From Prorocentrum cordatum (Eukaryota): 54,035 nucleotides of DNA. The notes under the pieces are model-generated. The model was not told the origin of the DNA. It was given only the letters and a program-made list of their open reading frames with translations, and did not search any database. Location of the stretch: positions 62,001-116,035 of the forward strand of contig CAUYUJ010000271.1 in NCBI GenBank assembly GCA_963575745.1, read 5' to 3'. A program made the translations under genes and the position numbers. Shown here piece after piece: positions 38,445-50,342 of this stretch (position 1 is its first letter; the number at the start of each line of letters is the position of its first letter).

Positions 38445-39637
38445 ACGCATGCGGGCACCCACACCACTGGGGCCTTCGGTGGAGCCCCCCATGGGGCCAC
38501 GAAGCGCTGTGCGTACGCATGCGGGCACCGCCACTGTGGCCTTCGGTGGAATTCCCCGTGTGGCCACAGAACGCTGTACCAGGTATGTGGCGGACGCATG
38601 TGGGCACCGCCACCGGGGCCTTCGGTGGAACTCGCTATGGGGCCACGAAGCGCTGTACGGGAAGTGGCGGACGCATGCGGGCACCCCCACTGGGGCCTTC
38701 GGTGGAGCCCCCCATGGGGCCGCGAAGCGCTGTACTGGGTGTGGCAAACGCATGCGGGCAACCCCACTGGGGCCTTCGGGTGAGTTCCCTATGGGGCCAC
38801 GAAGCGCTGTACTGGGTGTGGGTGACGCATGCGGGCGCCCCCACTGGGGCTTTCGGGGCCACGAAGCGCTGTACTGCTTGTGGCGGACGCATGCGGGCAC
38901 CCCCACTGGGGCCTTCGGTGGAACTCCCTATGGGGCCACGAAACGTGTGAGGGGTGTACCGAATTCGGTGTGGCAGATGCATGCGTGCACCCCCATTGGT
39001 GCCTTCCGCGGAACTCCATCCAGGGCCACAAAATATGTAAGGGGTGTGCCGAAATGGTGGACATGCTGTGAGCAAAGGCAGGGATGAGGGGAAGCGGAGG
39101 AGGGCGGGGAGGAGGACGAGGGAGAAGAGGAGGAGCAGGAAGAGGGGGAGGAGGAGGAGGAGGAGGAGGAGGAGGAGGAGGAGAAGGAGGAGGAGGAGGA
39201 GGAGGAGAAAGAGGAGGAGGAGGAGAAGGGAGGAGGAGGAGGAACAGGAGGAGGGGGAGGAGGAGGAGGAGGAGGAGGAGGAGGAGGAGGAGGAGGAGGA
39301 GGAGGAGGAGAGGAGGAGGAGGAGGAGAAGGAAGAGGAGGAGGAGGAGGACGAGGAGCAGGAGGAGGAGGAAGAGGAGGAGGATTAGGAGAAGGAGGAGA
39401 GGAGGAAGAGGAGGAAGGGGGGAGAAGGAGGAGGAGGAGGAGAAAAGGAGGAGAAAAGGGGGAGGAGAAAAGGAGGAGGAGAAAAGGAGGAGAAGGAAGA
39501 AAAGGAGGAGGAGGAACAGGAGGAAGAGGAGGAGGCGGAAAAGGAGGAAGAGGAGGGGGAAGGAGGAGAGGAGAGGAGATGAGGAAGACAACGCGGGGCG
39601 CTGTCTCGTCAAAACGAGGACCCAATGACACAGGATG
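38445..39637 (+). repeat. Family E, copy 2: ~8 tandem ~75-bp units, (GGA)n, then the conserved end TCAAAACGAGGACCCAA
   Basis: Unit gacgcatgcgggcacccccactggggccttcggtggagc..atggggccacgaagcgctgtac. Confidence 0.85.
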
Positions 39638-39917
39638 GACAGGACAAATGGTTTCGCAACAAGCATATCTAGAAACATCTGCGCGCGCGCCTTTGCCAGC
39701 CCTTGAGTGGAAGATTTCTTATATCAGAAAAAAGTACTACCAAACGTGCCTCTCACCCGCGCGTGCCGAAATCGTCCGAACGCCCTTGCGCGCGTGCCGG
39801 GAGGCGGGGAAAGGGGGGAGATCTCGATCGAATAACACCACGCGGGCCACTCGCGCGCGTCGGCCGCGCGCGCGTGCTGGAATACTTACAAAACCACCAT
39901 CACCGACGCGGGGATAC

Positions 39918-40058
39918 CATCATCAGCATCATCATCATCACCATCATCATCACCATCATCAGCATCATCATCATCATCATCATCATCATATGCGCGATCA
40001 GCATCGGCGACGTCATTGCCACTGCCGTCGTCATTATCATCATCATCATCATAATCAC

Positions 40059-40140
<82 letters not shown>

Positions 40141-40180
40141 TAATCATCATCATCACCATCATCACCATCATCACCAACAT
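39918..40180. repeat. (CAT)n microsatellite expanded within a family B copy; another tract at 8643-8711
   Basis: Direct reading. Confidence 0.95.
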
Positions 40181-43100
40181 CGCTACTACCATCACCGTGT
40201 CTGCCATTGTCGGTGTCGCCCTGGCACCGCGCCTGTGCGAGTCACCGGCTCGCACGGAAGTGCACGTGCGTCAGCGCGGCCTGCGAGACGCGCTGAGCAG
40301 CCGGCCGCTCTGCGCGCGAGCCTGCGCGCGCTAGCCCGGCCGCGGCGACGCGCGAGCTGGCGCCAAGCGGCCATCGAAATCGCCGCCGTATGGGTTTTGC
40401 AAACTAAGATGCGGGTGGGTTGGTGCGATGACTGCGCGAGCATAGGGGGTGGCAGCGCGCGAGGAAGTCAAAGTCAATTGAACCCCATCACCACGGGGAT
40501 TGCACCGCATGGTTTGCACCATGACGATAGCACCACATTGATATTCATTCCTATCACAAAATTATGATGTACCTCCCCCCCAGATTTGGGAAGTATCCGT
40601 AAATAAAACGTCGTGCCATGTCAGCCAGGGCGATCTCGACTCGCTCCGCCATCCCTGTCACATGATACCATGCGCGCGCACTCGTTTATCACAAATCCTA
40701 CTGCTTCAATAATCTCTTGCAGCGTATAGAACGAAAGCCACACGCGCGCGCGTCGTCGCGCGCGGCACGCGCTGGGGGGTGGGCCCTGCCGAGTGATGCC
40801 ATGCGGGCCACTCGCGCACGTCAGCCGCGGGCGCATGTCAAAATCCCAAAGCCTCATCACCGACACGTAGACACCATCATCGTCATGGGCGTGATCAAAC
40901 ATCAATGCCGTCGGTGGCCTTTTCCGTTGTCATCGTCTTCGCGGTCGATGGCATCGCTGCAATCCTCGCCGCATCTGCCGTTGTCGACGTCGCCATGACA
41001 CCGCGCCCGCCCGAGTCGACGACTCGCGCTGAAGCGCCCGCGCGCCAGCGCGGCCTGCGAAACGCGCTGAAGCCCCCGGCGGCCAGCGCCGCCGCGGCCA
41101 AGTCGGTCGCGCCTGACTGGCCGGCCGCTCCGCGCGCAAGCGTGCGCGCGCCAGCGCGGCCGCGGCGACGCGCCAGCCAGCGCGAAGCAGCCATCGCAAG
41201 TGCCGCCGCGTGGGTTTTGCAAACAACGTTGCGGGAGGGCGGGGGGTGGCAGCTTCAAGTTCGGCAAGGTAGATTGCGCAAAGTAGATGGCGTCATTTCG
41301 GTTGCGCACCACACTGGTCGTTGACAGCGCAGCATCGGTTCTCCTTTCTCAAAAAGAATTGGGATCTACCCCTCCCCCCCGCGGGGTTATGCGGCCCCCC
41401 TGCGGCGGTGCAGCGCGCGTACGATTCTGCCCCGTCGTTCACGCGCCGCCCCAGAAGGTTGGTCGACCCCCTCCCCCTCACCCCTGGAACATGAATGCGC
41501 GCGCACTCGTGTTCCAGCGACCATGAAAATGCAACAATCCATTTGCGAAGAAGTTAGGCGAATCCACGCGCGCGCGTCGTCGCGCGCGCGCGTGCGGGAA
41601 CCCTCCGAGAATCTGCGGTTTCGCGCGGAATTCAAAATCGAGGCCCCGAGAACATATAAACGCCAAGTGTTTTGCAACTTCCCAGAAGATCTGCGCGCGC
41701 TCCGGGAATTTCCGAGAACCCCATGAGCTTTTCAGGATTTCGCCGCTGTGCGACAAGATGGGCTCCTCGCGCGCGCATGTCGGAATCATCTGGGCGCTTT
41801 CGAGCGCGTGCTCCGGGGGAGAGGCGCGATCCCTTTCGAATGATTCTGCGCGGGCCACTCGCGCCCGACGGCCGCGCGCGCGCCCCGAAATCCTCGCAAA
41901 ACCTTGCCGGCTGCAGGTGGGCGCCATCATCGCCGTCTGCATGGTCAGCGCATCGGCGCCGTCATCGGCCTTGCCGTCGTCGTCGTCATCGTCGTCACCA
42001 ACGTCGTTACTATCCCCGCCGTGTCATGCGATGTCGGTGTTGCCTTGGTACCGCGCCATTCCGAATCGTCGACTCGCCCTGAAGTGCCGCGCGTCAGCGC
42101 GGCCTGCGAAGCGCGCTGGAAAGTCCCTCGCGGCCAGCGTCGCCGCGGCCGCGTCGGTCGCGCTGGCCGCGCCAGACTGGCTGGCCGCTCCGCGCGGGAG
42201 CCTGCGCGCGCCAGCGCGGCCGCGGCGACGCGTCAGCCAGCGCCGAACAATCATCGGAACCGCCGCCGCGTGGGTTCTGCAAACCAAGCGCCGGGTGGGT
42301 GGGTGGGCTGACTGCGCGAGCAGTGGAGTTGACAACGTCGAATTCGGCAATGTGAATTGCGGCCAGTCGATTGCGCCGCGTATCTTGCCCCATTTTGCTG
42401 CGTGTCACCGAACTAGCATCCGCCATGGGTCGACGCCCCTCGGGGGGCGGTTCCAGCGGCACCTCTGCGGGCGCACTCGCTGCTGGCGCCGCTTGCGAGC
42501 GCACCCGCGCCTGCGCGATGCCGGCGGCACGCTGCTACCGCGATAAGAATGCACGAGCGCAGCTCAGATGCCGGCGGCACGTTGCTATCGCGATGCGGGC
42601 GGCGCGTTGCTATCGCGATTGCCATCGCGATGAGATGCTGCGCGATATCGGGTTCGTGTTCCGCTTCGGGCGCGCACCTCGCCGAACCCGATCGGCCAGC
42701 CTGCGCGCGGCCTCGTCCGGCCCCCGCGCGGGTTGGCAAGCCACCCCCGGGCACTGCACGGCGAGGCCCTCGGCGCGCCACCTCGCGTAGCGTTCGCGCG
42801 CTGGCATTGATTGCGCCGCGTTGGCAGTCCTTTCTCAGAAGAGACTAGACTCTACCCCGCCCCCTTCAGGGATTATCGGCCCACCTTTGCGGATTGCGAT
42901 GTGCATGCGATTCTGTCCCATTTGTCCACCCCCCATATGAATGCATACCATCCCAACCGAGCTGGCACCGGCCCCCCTGCCATCCTCTGCAAAAGATATC
43001 GACGTACTCGCCATACCGACCCGCAGGCCCAACGAGGCGGCGACGTGGCGGCGACGGCGACAACATAGCCGCCAGACCGACCCGCAGGACCAGTTACATA

Positions 43101-43419
43101 CTCCAGAAGTGAGAACCCCTAGGTGCAAGCACTGCTTGGGACGCACTGCTTGGGACGCACTGCTTGGGACACCATGGCCATGTGCTGATAACATACAAAC
43201 CATGCGCCAAAACAGGACGCTCCCACCAGGAAGCGTTCTCACGACATGCCGTGCAAGCCGCAGAAGGTCATCACAGCAGTGCTAGTGGGCCGAGAGGAAG
43301 GTCAGTAGGCATCGCCTCCACTTGGTCGAAAGAGAGGGTGGAGGGCTCAGCTCGGGCAAGGGGCGGCGACCACAGGGACCGCCCCAGCAATTCGCGCATG
43401 GGCTCACCAGCCTGGAACA

Positions 43420-43545
43420 TATCCCTATCCCTATGCTGGGCACCTCCTCATCACGATGCCAATCTTAGGGATTCCCTTATTTTTTGAGGGCGAATCCCTA
43501 AGGTTGTCATCGCCTTTTGGCGTGTCAATCTTAGGGATAGGGATA
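43420..43545. mobile_element. Palindromic MITE (126 bp), perfect 14-bp TIR TATCCCTATCCCTA
   Basis: TIR at 43420-43433 and 43532-43545; inner inverted pair cgatgccaatcttagggattc / gaatccctaaggttgtcatcg. Confidence 0.75.
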
Positions 43546-44419
43546 CGCTCGAGGCTGGCAAGGGGCTGGCCGTAGCGTGCGGATCCCGACTCTGCCGCCC
43601 CAGACTGCGCGTGCCATCTGGGGTTGGAGGCGGCCACGAGGTCCGAACTGGCTGGGTCCCCACAAAATCGGTCGGGAGGGGGGGACGGAGCCGAACCCCT
43701 TCAAAATCGGTTCCCGGGCCCTTCTCGCTGTCCATCTGTTGCAATTTTTCACCCTGGATCTGATCCTGGCGGCCCCGGGGCCCGAAGACGGCCCCCGGGG
43801 CAGAAAAACACAAAAACCGTCCCGAACCAAAACCTAAGACCTGTCCGGAACCAATGCTGGGCTATCTCAGGCTCCCAGCCGGCTCCAAATCAGGGGTCCC
43901 ATCAGGGCGGCAGCCCCGCGGCTGCGCAAACCTCTGGGATCCCCTGTGGGACCATGTGGCTTCCCCGGCTTTCTCGGATTGCAACAAAAGTCACGATGGG
44001 ACAAGTTTTGGAACCTTTCGGCTTCTGGGGCCCCCAAATCGCGAAAACGCCCGTGGCGGGCCCCGCGACCCCCTCCCTCCCCCCTTTACTGGTGACGTCA
44101 CGACTCTGGACAGGCAGTGTGAGCAGCGGCGGCAAGAGCAGGAAGAGGAAAAAGGAGAGTTCTACGAACCGAGCAATTATTGAGCTTTTTCGTGGGGCTG
44201 TGCGTGACGTTGGAGGGAAGTCCGCTCGCGTAGGAAGCACCCCCCCACTCCTGCAATCAACCGATCAATCTGGCAATCGCAGTTCTTCCGCGTCGAGCAC
44301 GGGCGACAACGGGGAAACTCCAAACCAAGAGAAACACGGCACACATTGCTCTCAATCTGCCCAGCGACTCTTTCCCCCCCGCGCTCACTGCTCATGACAT
44401 CTGGAGGGGAGCATACCAT

Positions 44420-45530
44420 TACAAAACACAACGTCCCAGTCCTCGCGAGAACCCAAGCATAGGACACCACTGATGCAAGACGGGCCAATGAAATGTGCGG
44501 AGCACTCGAGCACTTAGGATTAAGAAACATATTGCGAGTGGGCGGCACAACATCTTCGTGTTGCACCACAACTTCGGCAAGGCACATGTTCACCACTCAT
44601 GTCGCGACCTCTTCCAGCAGAACGAGGAGGCCCTGCTTGTCTATACTCTGCGGGTCAAGCTCTTTGGACTGCAACTGCTGTGGCACCACCCAATCCTTTG
44701 TCTTGGGCACGTTCCACGTTGGCGGCGGCGCATCGATATCCGCAATGAGGCCCTGCCTGGCATTAAAGTCTGTGTATCTGCAGTAGGCAGCAACGCGGAG
44801 CGTGGTCGCAGGGGCATTGACCTGAGCCTGCCCGTGCTTCGTGACGGGCACCTCGGCGGCCTGTTGATCAGGGGATGGCATCCTCCTCCTCCTCCTCCAA
44901 CTCCCCCTCCGCAACCTCCCCCTGTGAGAAACACCTCGTGTAATAGAGCATCGTGTGGCACTTGTGCTGTAACTGCCTGCATGTAGTGGGCTGGTGCGGG
45001 TCCTCCTGTGAGCAATTTTCCATGTGACAGAGCCCGTTCGGTGAACATCGAAGAGGAAAGTAGGTGCTCAAGCTGGTGCATGTTTGCTCGGGCGTGCTTG
45101 CCATACTCGGGTTAGCTCGAGAACGCGCTGTCTCGTGCCAATCTCTGTTTGTTCTGATTCCAGCGGCCAGAAACTTATCGAGAGCATTCGTTATTCAAAT
45201 TGCTTCTGGCGGCATTGCAGTGCTCGAGTGTTTTGATTGGCATGTGTGGCGGAGCTCCGAAGCACGCCAATCTAGGGCTCACCTGGTGGTACCTTACAGC
45301 TGCAGCGCGGTCGGCTGCATCATCAGCAACACAGGACCCAAGCACTGACTCCAAGGGACAAGGCTACGACAACAAGGTCGAATCCAATTGCCGACCACAA
45401 ACCTTGACGGAAGAAGGCAGGTGGAGCTCTGCGCGGCACAAGCGTCAATCATGAAGAGTGTGTGGCAAAGTGCAGGAATGAGCCATAGGCAACAGTTAGT
45501 CTGCCCAGAGAGCAGATTCATTCTTCGTGG
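44420..45530 (-). pseudogene. Decayed LINE ORF2 fragment (endonuclease end to RT start)
   Basis: Minus frames give IDACAAQ..FVVG and QLEHLLSSS, then DIDAPPPTW..KELDPQSID..LL..VNMCL..MFLNPKCSSAPHISLARLASV, resembling the PIT..GPDGI..L.N.C..LIPK..LRPIS region. Confidence 0.5.
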
Positions 45531-46625
45531 TCCCGACGTACGCACACCACATTCTCTGTTCTGGCAGAAGCGGCTTCGCACTTCACTTTTCGGCGCTGGA
45601 CAAAACTCCCTTTAATAGACCTCCCTTTAGTGAAAACGGCCTGGGACCGAAACCGACGGACCTGGACCCGCAAAAATGACGGCCGCGACGCCTCTCGCGA
45701 ACCGAAAACGGCCAATTCCTTAATCGACGTGTCAGGGTAGGAGGTCAATCAACCTCCGAACTTTACGAGCCCATGCCTCACCTCTATCCCTCTCATATCT
45801 CAGCTCTGCGCAGCATAACGGATGCGCGGCAGAGGTCGCAGTGCACGATCTGTCCTGGCCTTCCCAGCCTCCCTTGCCCGGAGCCGCCCACCATATCATC
45901 ATAGTCGAGGCACGTCGGCGGCCGTGCAGTTGTACGCGAGAACACGCGTGCCTCTGGGCTCGGCATCACAACGCTCCGAGGTAACAACGCGAACAGCACG
46001 AAGGTCCGATGGCACTCGGGGCCTCACGTCAGGCCTTCCGCCGCCAGACTGCCCACGAACGCCGACCACGACAGCCGTGGCACGGTGGACATCGACCAGT
46101 GTCTCGGCCAACGCCCACATGCGTGCGTGCACGGACGTGCGCGTCGCAGCAGCCTGGGCTTGAGAGCGCTCGCGCGCGTATGCCGCAACCTGGTCATCAA
46201 AACTACGTGTGCCAGTCCCCGCGGGTGCGGCTCGCGCCACTCGCGGCAGCGACGCTGGCGAGCGGACGCCGCTCCAGACGACCAAGTCCGTGCGCGGGCG
46301 ATTTGGATAGAAAAACTCCTCCGCCTCCGCCTTCTCATCCGCCCCCTCCCTCTCCTCCTGCTCTTCCTCCGGCCAGATCACCGGGGGACCCTAGTCAGCA
46401 CCCCCTCTGGGGGTCTCCAAGGGAGCGGGAGAGACCTTCCCTCTCCCCCGTTCCCTCCCCCTCCCCCTCCCCCTCCCCCTCCTCTTCGTCCTCCCTCTCC
46501 CCATCCTCTGCGCCCTCCCCCTCCTGTTCGCCCTTCCCCCTCCCCCTCCCCCCTCCCCCCTCCCCATCCCCTCCCCATCCCTCGAAGGGGATCTGGCCGT
46601 GGCCGCGGCGGGAAGCCGCCCGGGG

Positions 46626-46789
46626 ACCAGAAGGGGTGAAAGCGCCAGAGATTCGTCGATCCTCGCAGTTCGATCACCGCTTGTCGAAGCCCGAGCCCTG
46701 GCGAACCGTCCCTGGGATCGTCGAAGCTCGATCCCCGAGAGCAGAGGCTCGATGCTCGATCGTCGGAGCTCGAGCACATCCCCTCTGGT
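46626..46789. mobile_element. Small TIR element with internal CTCGAT repeats
   Basis: Left end accagaaggggtg vs reverse complement of right end accagaggggatg. Confidence 0.5.
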
Positions 46790-46790
46790 G

Positions 46791-46957
46791 TCAATGAAGG
46801 GGCCTTGGGACACACAAACAAATACACACAAATAAAAAGATTCCCCATGTGTTCCCATGTTTTCTGGGTTTTCTTCTTCCCCCCCGCTCCCCATATTTTC
46901 CCATATTTTGGGGGAATCGACGATTCATTGTGTCTGTGTGTTTCTTTCCCTCCTGAG
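46791..46957 (+). mobile_element. ~165-bp short-TIR element, copy 3
   Basis: gaaggggccttgggacacac...ggaatcgacgatt...ccctcctga; homologous to copies 1 and 2. Confidence 0.75.
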
Positions 46958-47034
46958 TCAAGGAAATCTGCCTGCCACTCCCCCGGAGCCCGAGGCGGCT
47001 GGGGGAGCACCCCTTTTTCGGGGCCCCGTCATGC

Positions 47035-47118
47035 CTTCCCGTGGCCGCACAGGACGACCTCGTGCTGCTCGGGGAAGTCCGAGAAGTCGGAGAGGCCGCG
47101 GGCGGAGACGGCCCTCAC
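47035..47118 (-). CDS. Exon of a putative ADP-ribosyltransferase: catalytic loop VRAVSARGLSDFSDFPEQHEVVLCGHGK
   Basis: Matches the ARTC consensus G..IS.FS.FP.[E/Q].EVL. Acceptor gcgAG|G; donor AAG|gc (alternative GAG|gt at 47059); strong GC3 bias. Confidence 0.65.
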
Positions 47119-47424
47119 CTCGCGCCCGCCGGGGGGGGAGGAGGGTGCAGCCGAGGCTGCATCTTCGGGGGGCCTGGTTCGCCCTGCACGCTGCTGCCTC
47201 CTGTCCTGCAGGGTGCTGTCCTTTCCTGCGCCCGACGCGGGTTCGACGCCGACTCGGCGCGGATCTGGCGTGGACTCGGCGAGCTCAACACGGATCCGGC
47301 GCGGATGGCGATGCGATGGGACCGACGGGGACCCCCCGAGGTTGCTACAGAGGGGCAGGCAGGAGGAGGACCGAGACTCGCCAGCAGGCGAAAGGCGATA
47401 TTGCATCACAGCATGAGAGAAATC

Positions 47425-47551
47425 TGGCCATCCCTCGGACGTCCATTCCCTGTGCTTTTTTCGGTTTCGTACGTGGTTGTTCGCCAAATGATCAAGAATG
47501 TTCCTCGATGGTCCTCGCCGAAGGAAACATGCACACGTCCGAGCGATGCCA
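47425..47551. mobile_element. MITE (~127 bp), copy 2, TSD AGAAATC
   Basis: Homologous to 3962-4091; agaaatc on both sides; the empty site is in the neighbouring tandem unit at ~47855-47875. Confidence 0.9.
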
Positions 47552-48115
47552 AGAAATCGGGAGAATAAAACACAGAACCGAAGTTTCGACCGTTCGGGCG
47601 GAGATGTCCGTCCGGGCGCGCGGGGTACGAGCGCCCGCCGCGCCCACCCCGTGTGGCTGGAGATGATGCCGCTTGAGGAGCACGAGTCGGGGCAATCCTC
47701 CCCCCATGGCGCGGTCTCGAGGCCCACGACTGGAAAAAAAACAAGGGAGTGGGTGAGTGAGAGAGAAACAGAGAGGGAGAGAGAGAGAGAGAGAACAAAA
47801 AAAGATGGAGAGAGAACAAAGAGAGAGGGAGAGAGAGAGGAGGAGGAGGAGGAGCATGAAAGAAATCGGGAGAATAAACACAGAACAGAGGTTGCGACCG
47901 TTCGGGCGGAGACGTCCGTCTGGGCGCGCGGGCTACGAGCGCCCGCCGCGCCCACCTCGTGTGGCTGGAGCTGCCGCTTGCGGAGCACGAGTCGGGGCAA
48001 TCCTCCCCCCCCATGGCGCGGCCTCGAGGCCCACGACTGACAAAAAAAACAAGAGAGCGAGTGAGTGAGAGAGAAACAGAGAGAGAGAGAGAGAACAAAA
48101 AAATATGGAGAGAGA
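47552..48115. repeat. Two-copy ~310-bp tandem duplication
   Basis: agaaatcgggagaataaa..gaccgttcgggcggaga..gagcacgagtcggggcaatcctcc occurs at ~47552 and ~47861. Confidence 0.9.
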
Positions 48116-48370
48116 GGAGGAGGAGGAGGAGGAGGAGGAGGAGGAGGAGGAGGAGGAGGGAAGAGGAGGGCGGAGGAGGAGGAAGAGGAGGAGGAGGAGG
48201 AGGGCGGAGGAGGAGGAGGAGGAGGGAGGAGGAGGAGAGACGTCTGCGCCCTGCGGGCGCCCGCCCCGGGGGCGGTCGGACAATTGTTTACATCTTGCGG
48301 CGGCACCCTGGGGCTGCACACGCTCCAGAGCTGCCCGGGGGCAGTGCCCCCTCCACGGCGGAGGCGCTTT

Positions 48371-48749
48371 ACAGTCGAGGCGTTGACCTGAGAGGAACCC
48401 TAAAGAAGGAACGAGGCCCCTTTTTGTTCCAGAAGCTGACCTGCGATTTCCGATCGGATGCCGAAGGAAGACCTTGGGCAAGCTGTGGAACACGTAGGGA
48501 ACGCGGAGCCCCTCCCCAATCAAAAAGGGTTCCTTCTTCAGGGCCCCGACTGTACTCGGGAGCGGCCAAGAGGGGGGTGTCCAAGAGGGGGGGGTGCAAA
48601 TCATGACCGGCGGCATGTGCGCGGCCCAGCGGGGGGGCCAGGGACGTAATGAAACAAGAAGAGGCGCCATGAAATCTGGGGAGATATCATGGCCCACGCC
48701 ATGATATCCCCCCCCCCTAAGGCATCACCCCCCTCTTTTCCGCCCCCGA
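48371..48749. mobile_element. Two abutting TIR elements (48371-48553 and 48556-48749) between 33-bp direct repeats
   Basis: First: acagtcgaggc..gaggaaccct / agggttcc..gccccgactgt. Second: tcgggagcggccaagagggggg vs reverse complement tcgggggcggaaaagagggggg, flanked by ctgtac / ctgtgc. Direct repeat at 48330-48362 and 48764-48796. Confidence 0.6.
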
Positions 48750-49753
48750 CTGTGCACGCCCCGGCTGCCCGGGGGCAGTGCCCCCTCCACGGCGGACTGC
48801 GCTTCGCGGATGCTCTCCTCCGGCGAGCCGCTCGGGATCCAGGTCCGAGGGTCGGGGCTCTCTGGGCGGCTTCCCGCCGTGACCTGGGCCTCCGGGAGGC
48901 CTCCCGTTGACCACGGCCAGATCCGCTCCGAAGTCGTTGTCGGAACGCATTGCAAGTCAAGGGAGGGGGAGGAAGAGGAGGAGGAAAAGTCAAGGGAGGA
49001 GGAGGAAGAGGAGGAGGAGGAAAAGGAGGAGGAAAAGTCAAGGGAGGAGGAAAAGGAGGAGGAGGAAAAGTCAAGGGAGGAGGAGGAAAAGGAGGAGGAG
49101 GAGGACAGAGGAACCCTATCGAGTCGTGAACAACGATACGACGTATGTCTTTGTGCGATGCTCGCCCTCTGGCGGCCCTCACCGGGCCCCAGGACCACAA
49201 ACAAACTACTAGGAATGACAAGCTGGTTCTGGAGCAGGGGTCCAAACGTCCGGGAGTCCACGTTGTGAAACAATCAGGCGTCGAGGGTCTTGGAGAGGGT
49301 AAGGGGGGGATAGGGAGGATGTTGAGCAAGAGGAGAAGGAGGGTGAGCAGGTTGACAAAGGGGATGAAGAGCAACATGATGTGGAACAGCAGCATCAGAA
49401 GAAATAGTACCACCACACAACCTCACAGACATAAACACTCGGAGGTCTGCGCAGACCGAATACATGTCGCGTGGATATCCAACAAGTGCGGTACATGGCA
49501 TCTTCCCCCGTAGCAGCACGTGCCGCAAGAGTTCTCTGCGGTTTGGGAGTGCGCACCGACGGAGGCAACGGACGACGGCGCAAGGTACTGCGCGACGGGT
49601 GGGCCGTTCAGGGAACCCTGGACCCCAAGCAGTTGCCATCTCTTTGTGGGTGGCTAAGCGCATTCCACTACTCGCACATGGCCTGGGTCCGCCGCGGGGC
49701 ATCGATACATTGCACAGAGGAAGACATTTGTTTTCGCACTTTTGCCAGTACAG

Positions 49754-49944
49754 AAGAAAAGAAAACCACATAAACAGAAACTTTTGGCTCTCCGCGCGGA
49801 TTTCTTGGATCCGCGCCGGACCCCCCTCCCTGGCGAGCGGAGCGCGCCAGGAGCGGCGCCGGAGGCGCCGCCAGGGGGGCCCAGCGCGGATCCAAGAAAT
49901 CCGCGCGGAGCGCCAAAAGTTTATGGTTATTTGGTCTTCTTCTT
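49754..49944. repeat. Long near-perfect inverted repeat (~70-bp arms), probable MITE or hairpin
   Basis: aaacttttggctctccgcgcggatttcttggatccgcgc pairs with gcgcggatccaagaaatccgcgcggagcgccaaaagttt. Confidence 0.9.
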
Positions 49945-50083
49945 CGACAGTCGGCACTTTGCGAGTCGTGGAGCGCGCCCAGTGAGCGGGACGAGACTTT
50001 GCTTCCGCCGCCCCCCGCTGGCCTGCTGCCGGCGGAACGGCCCTCGCTTTACCTCCACTCCTTCCCCCGGCCTTCCCCAAGGC

Positions 50084-50342
50084 CGCGCTAACGGCGATGT
50101 TGGTTGACGGCGACGTTGGGAATCCGGCTTTTGCGACGCCGAGCTCGCGCAGAACAGATTATAGGAAATCGCGAACCACACTCTCCTGCACTTCAAATGG
50201 GCGAATGTATCGAGCGAAGACGACGCAGCGAATTGTAGGAAAGCACGAACCACGATGTCCTACAAGACTGGTTTGGCCACGAACCAGTCCCACCCACAAT
50301 GCCGAAACCTACAACGCCGTTACCTACATCGCCGTTAGCGCG
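50084..50342. mobile_element. MITE (259 bp), perfect 17-bp TIR CGCGCTAACGGCGATGT
   Basis: TIR at 50084-50100 and 50326-50342, extending imperfectly to ~45 bp. Confidence 0.8.

Larger units (their letters stand above)
30530..42330. repeat. Family B, CpG/GCGCGC-rich ~0.8-1-kb repeat. Copies at ~30530-31440 and ~32440-33560 in one orientation; ~37050-38420, 39640-40450, 40680-41260 and 41500-42330 in the other
   Basis: Marker cccacccacccgcaacttggtct at ~30565 and ~32455; inverted marker gggtt(t/c)tgcaaac at ~37920, 40392, 41212 and 42272. Confidence 0.8.

Noticed and set aside
47053..47292. Plus-strand two-exon reading (TTSCCSGKSEKSER / VLSFPAPDAG...) with plausible splice sites
   Set aside because: The opposite strand of the first part encodes the ART catalytic motif, which is far more specific.
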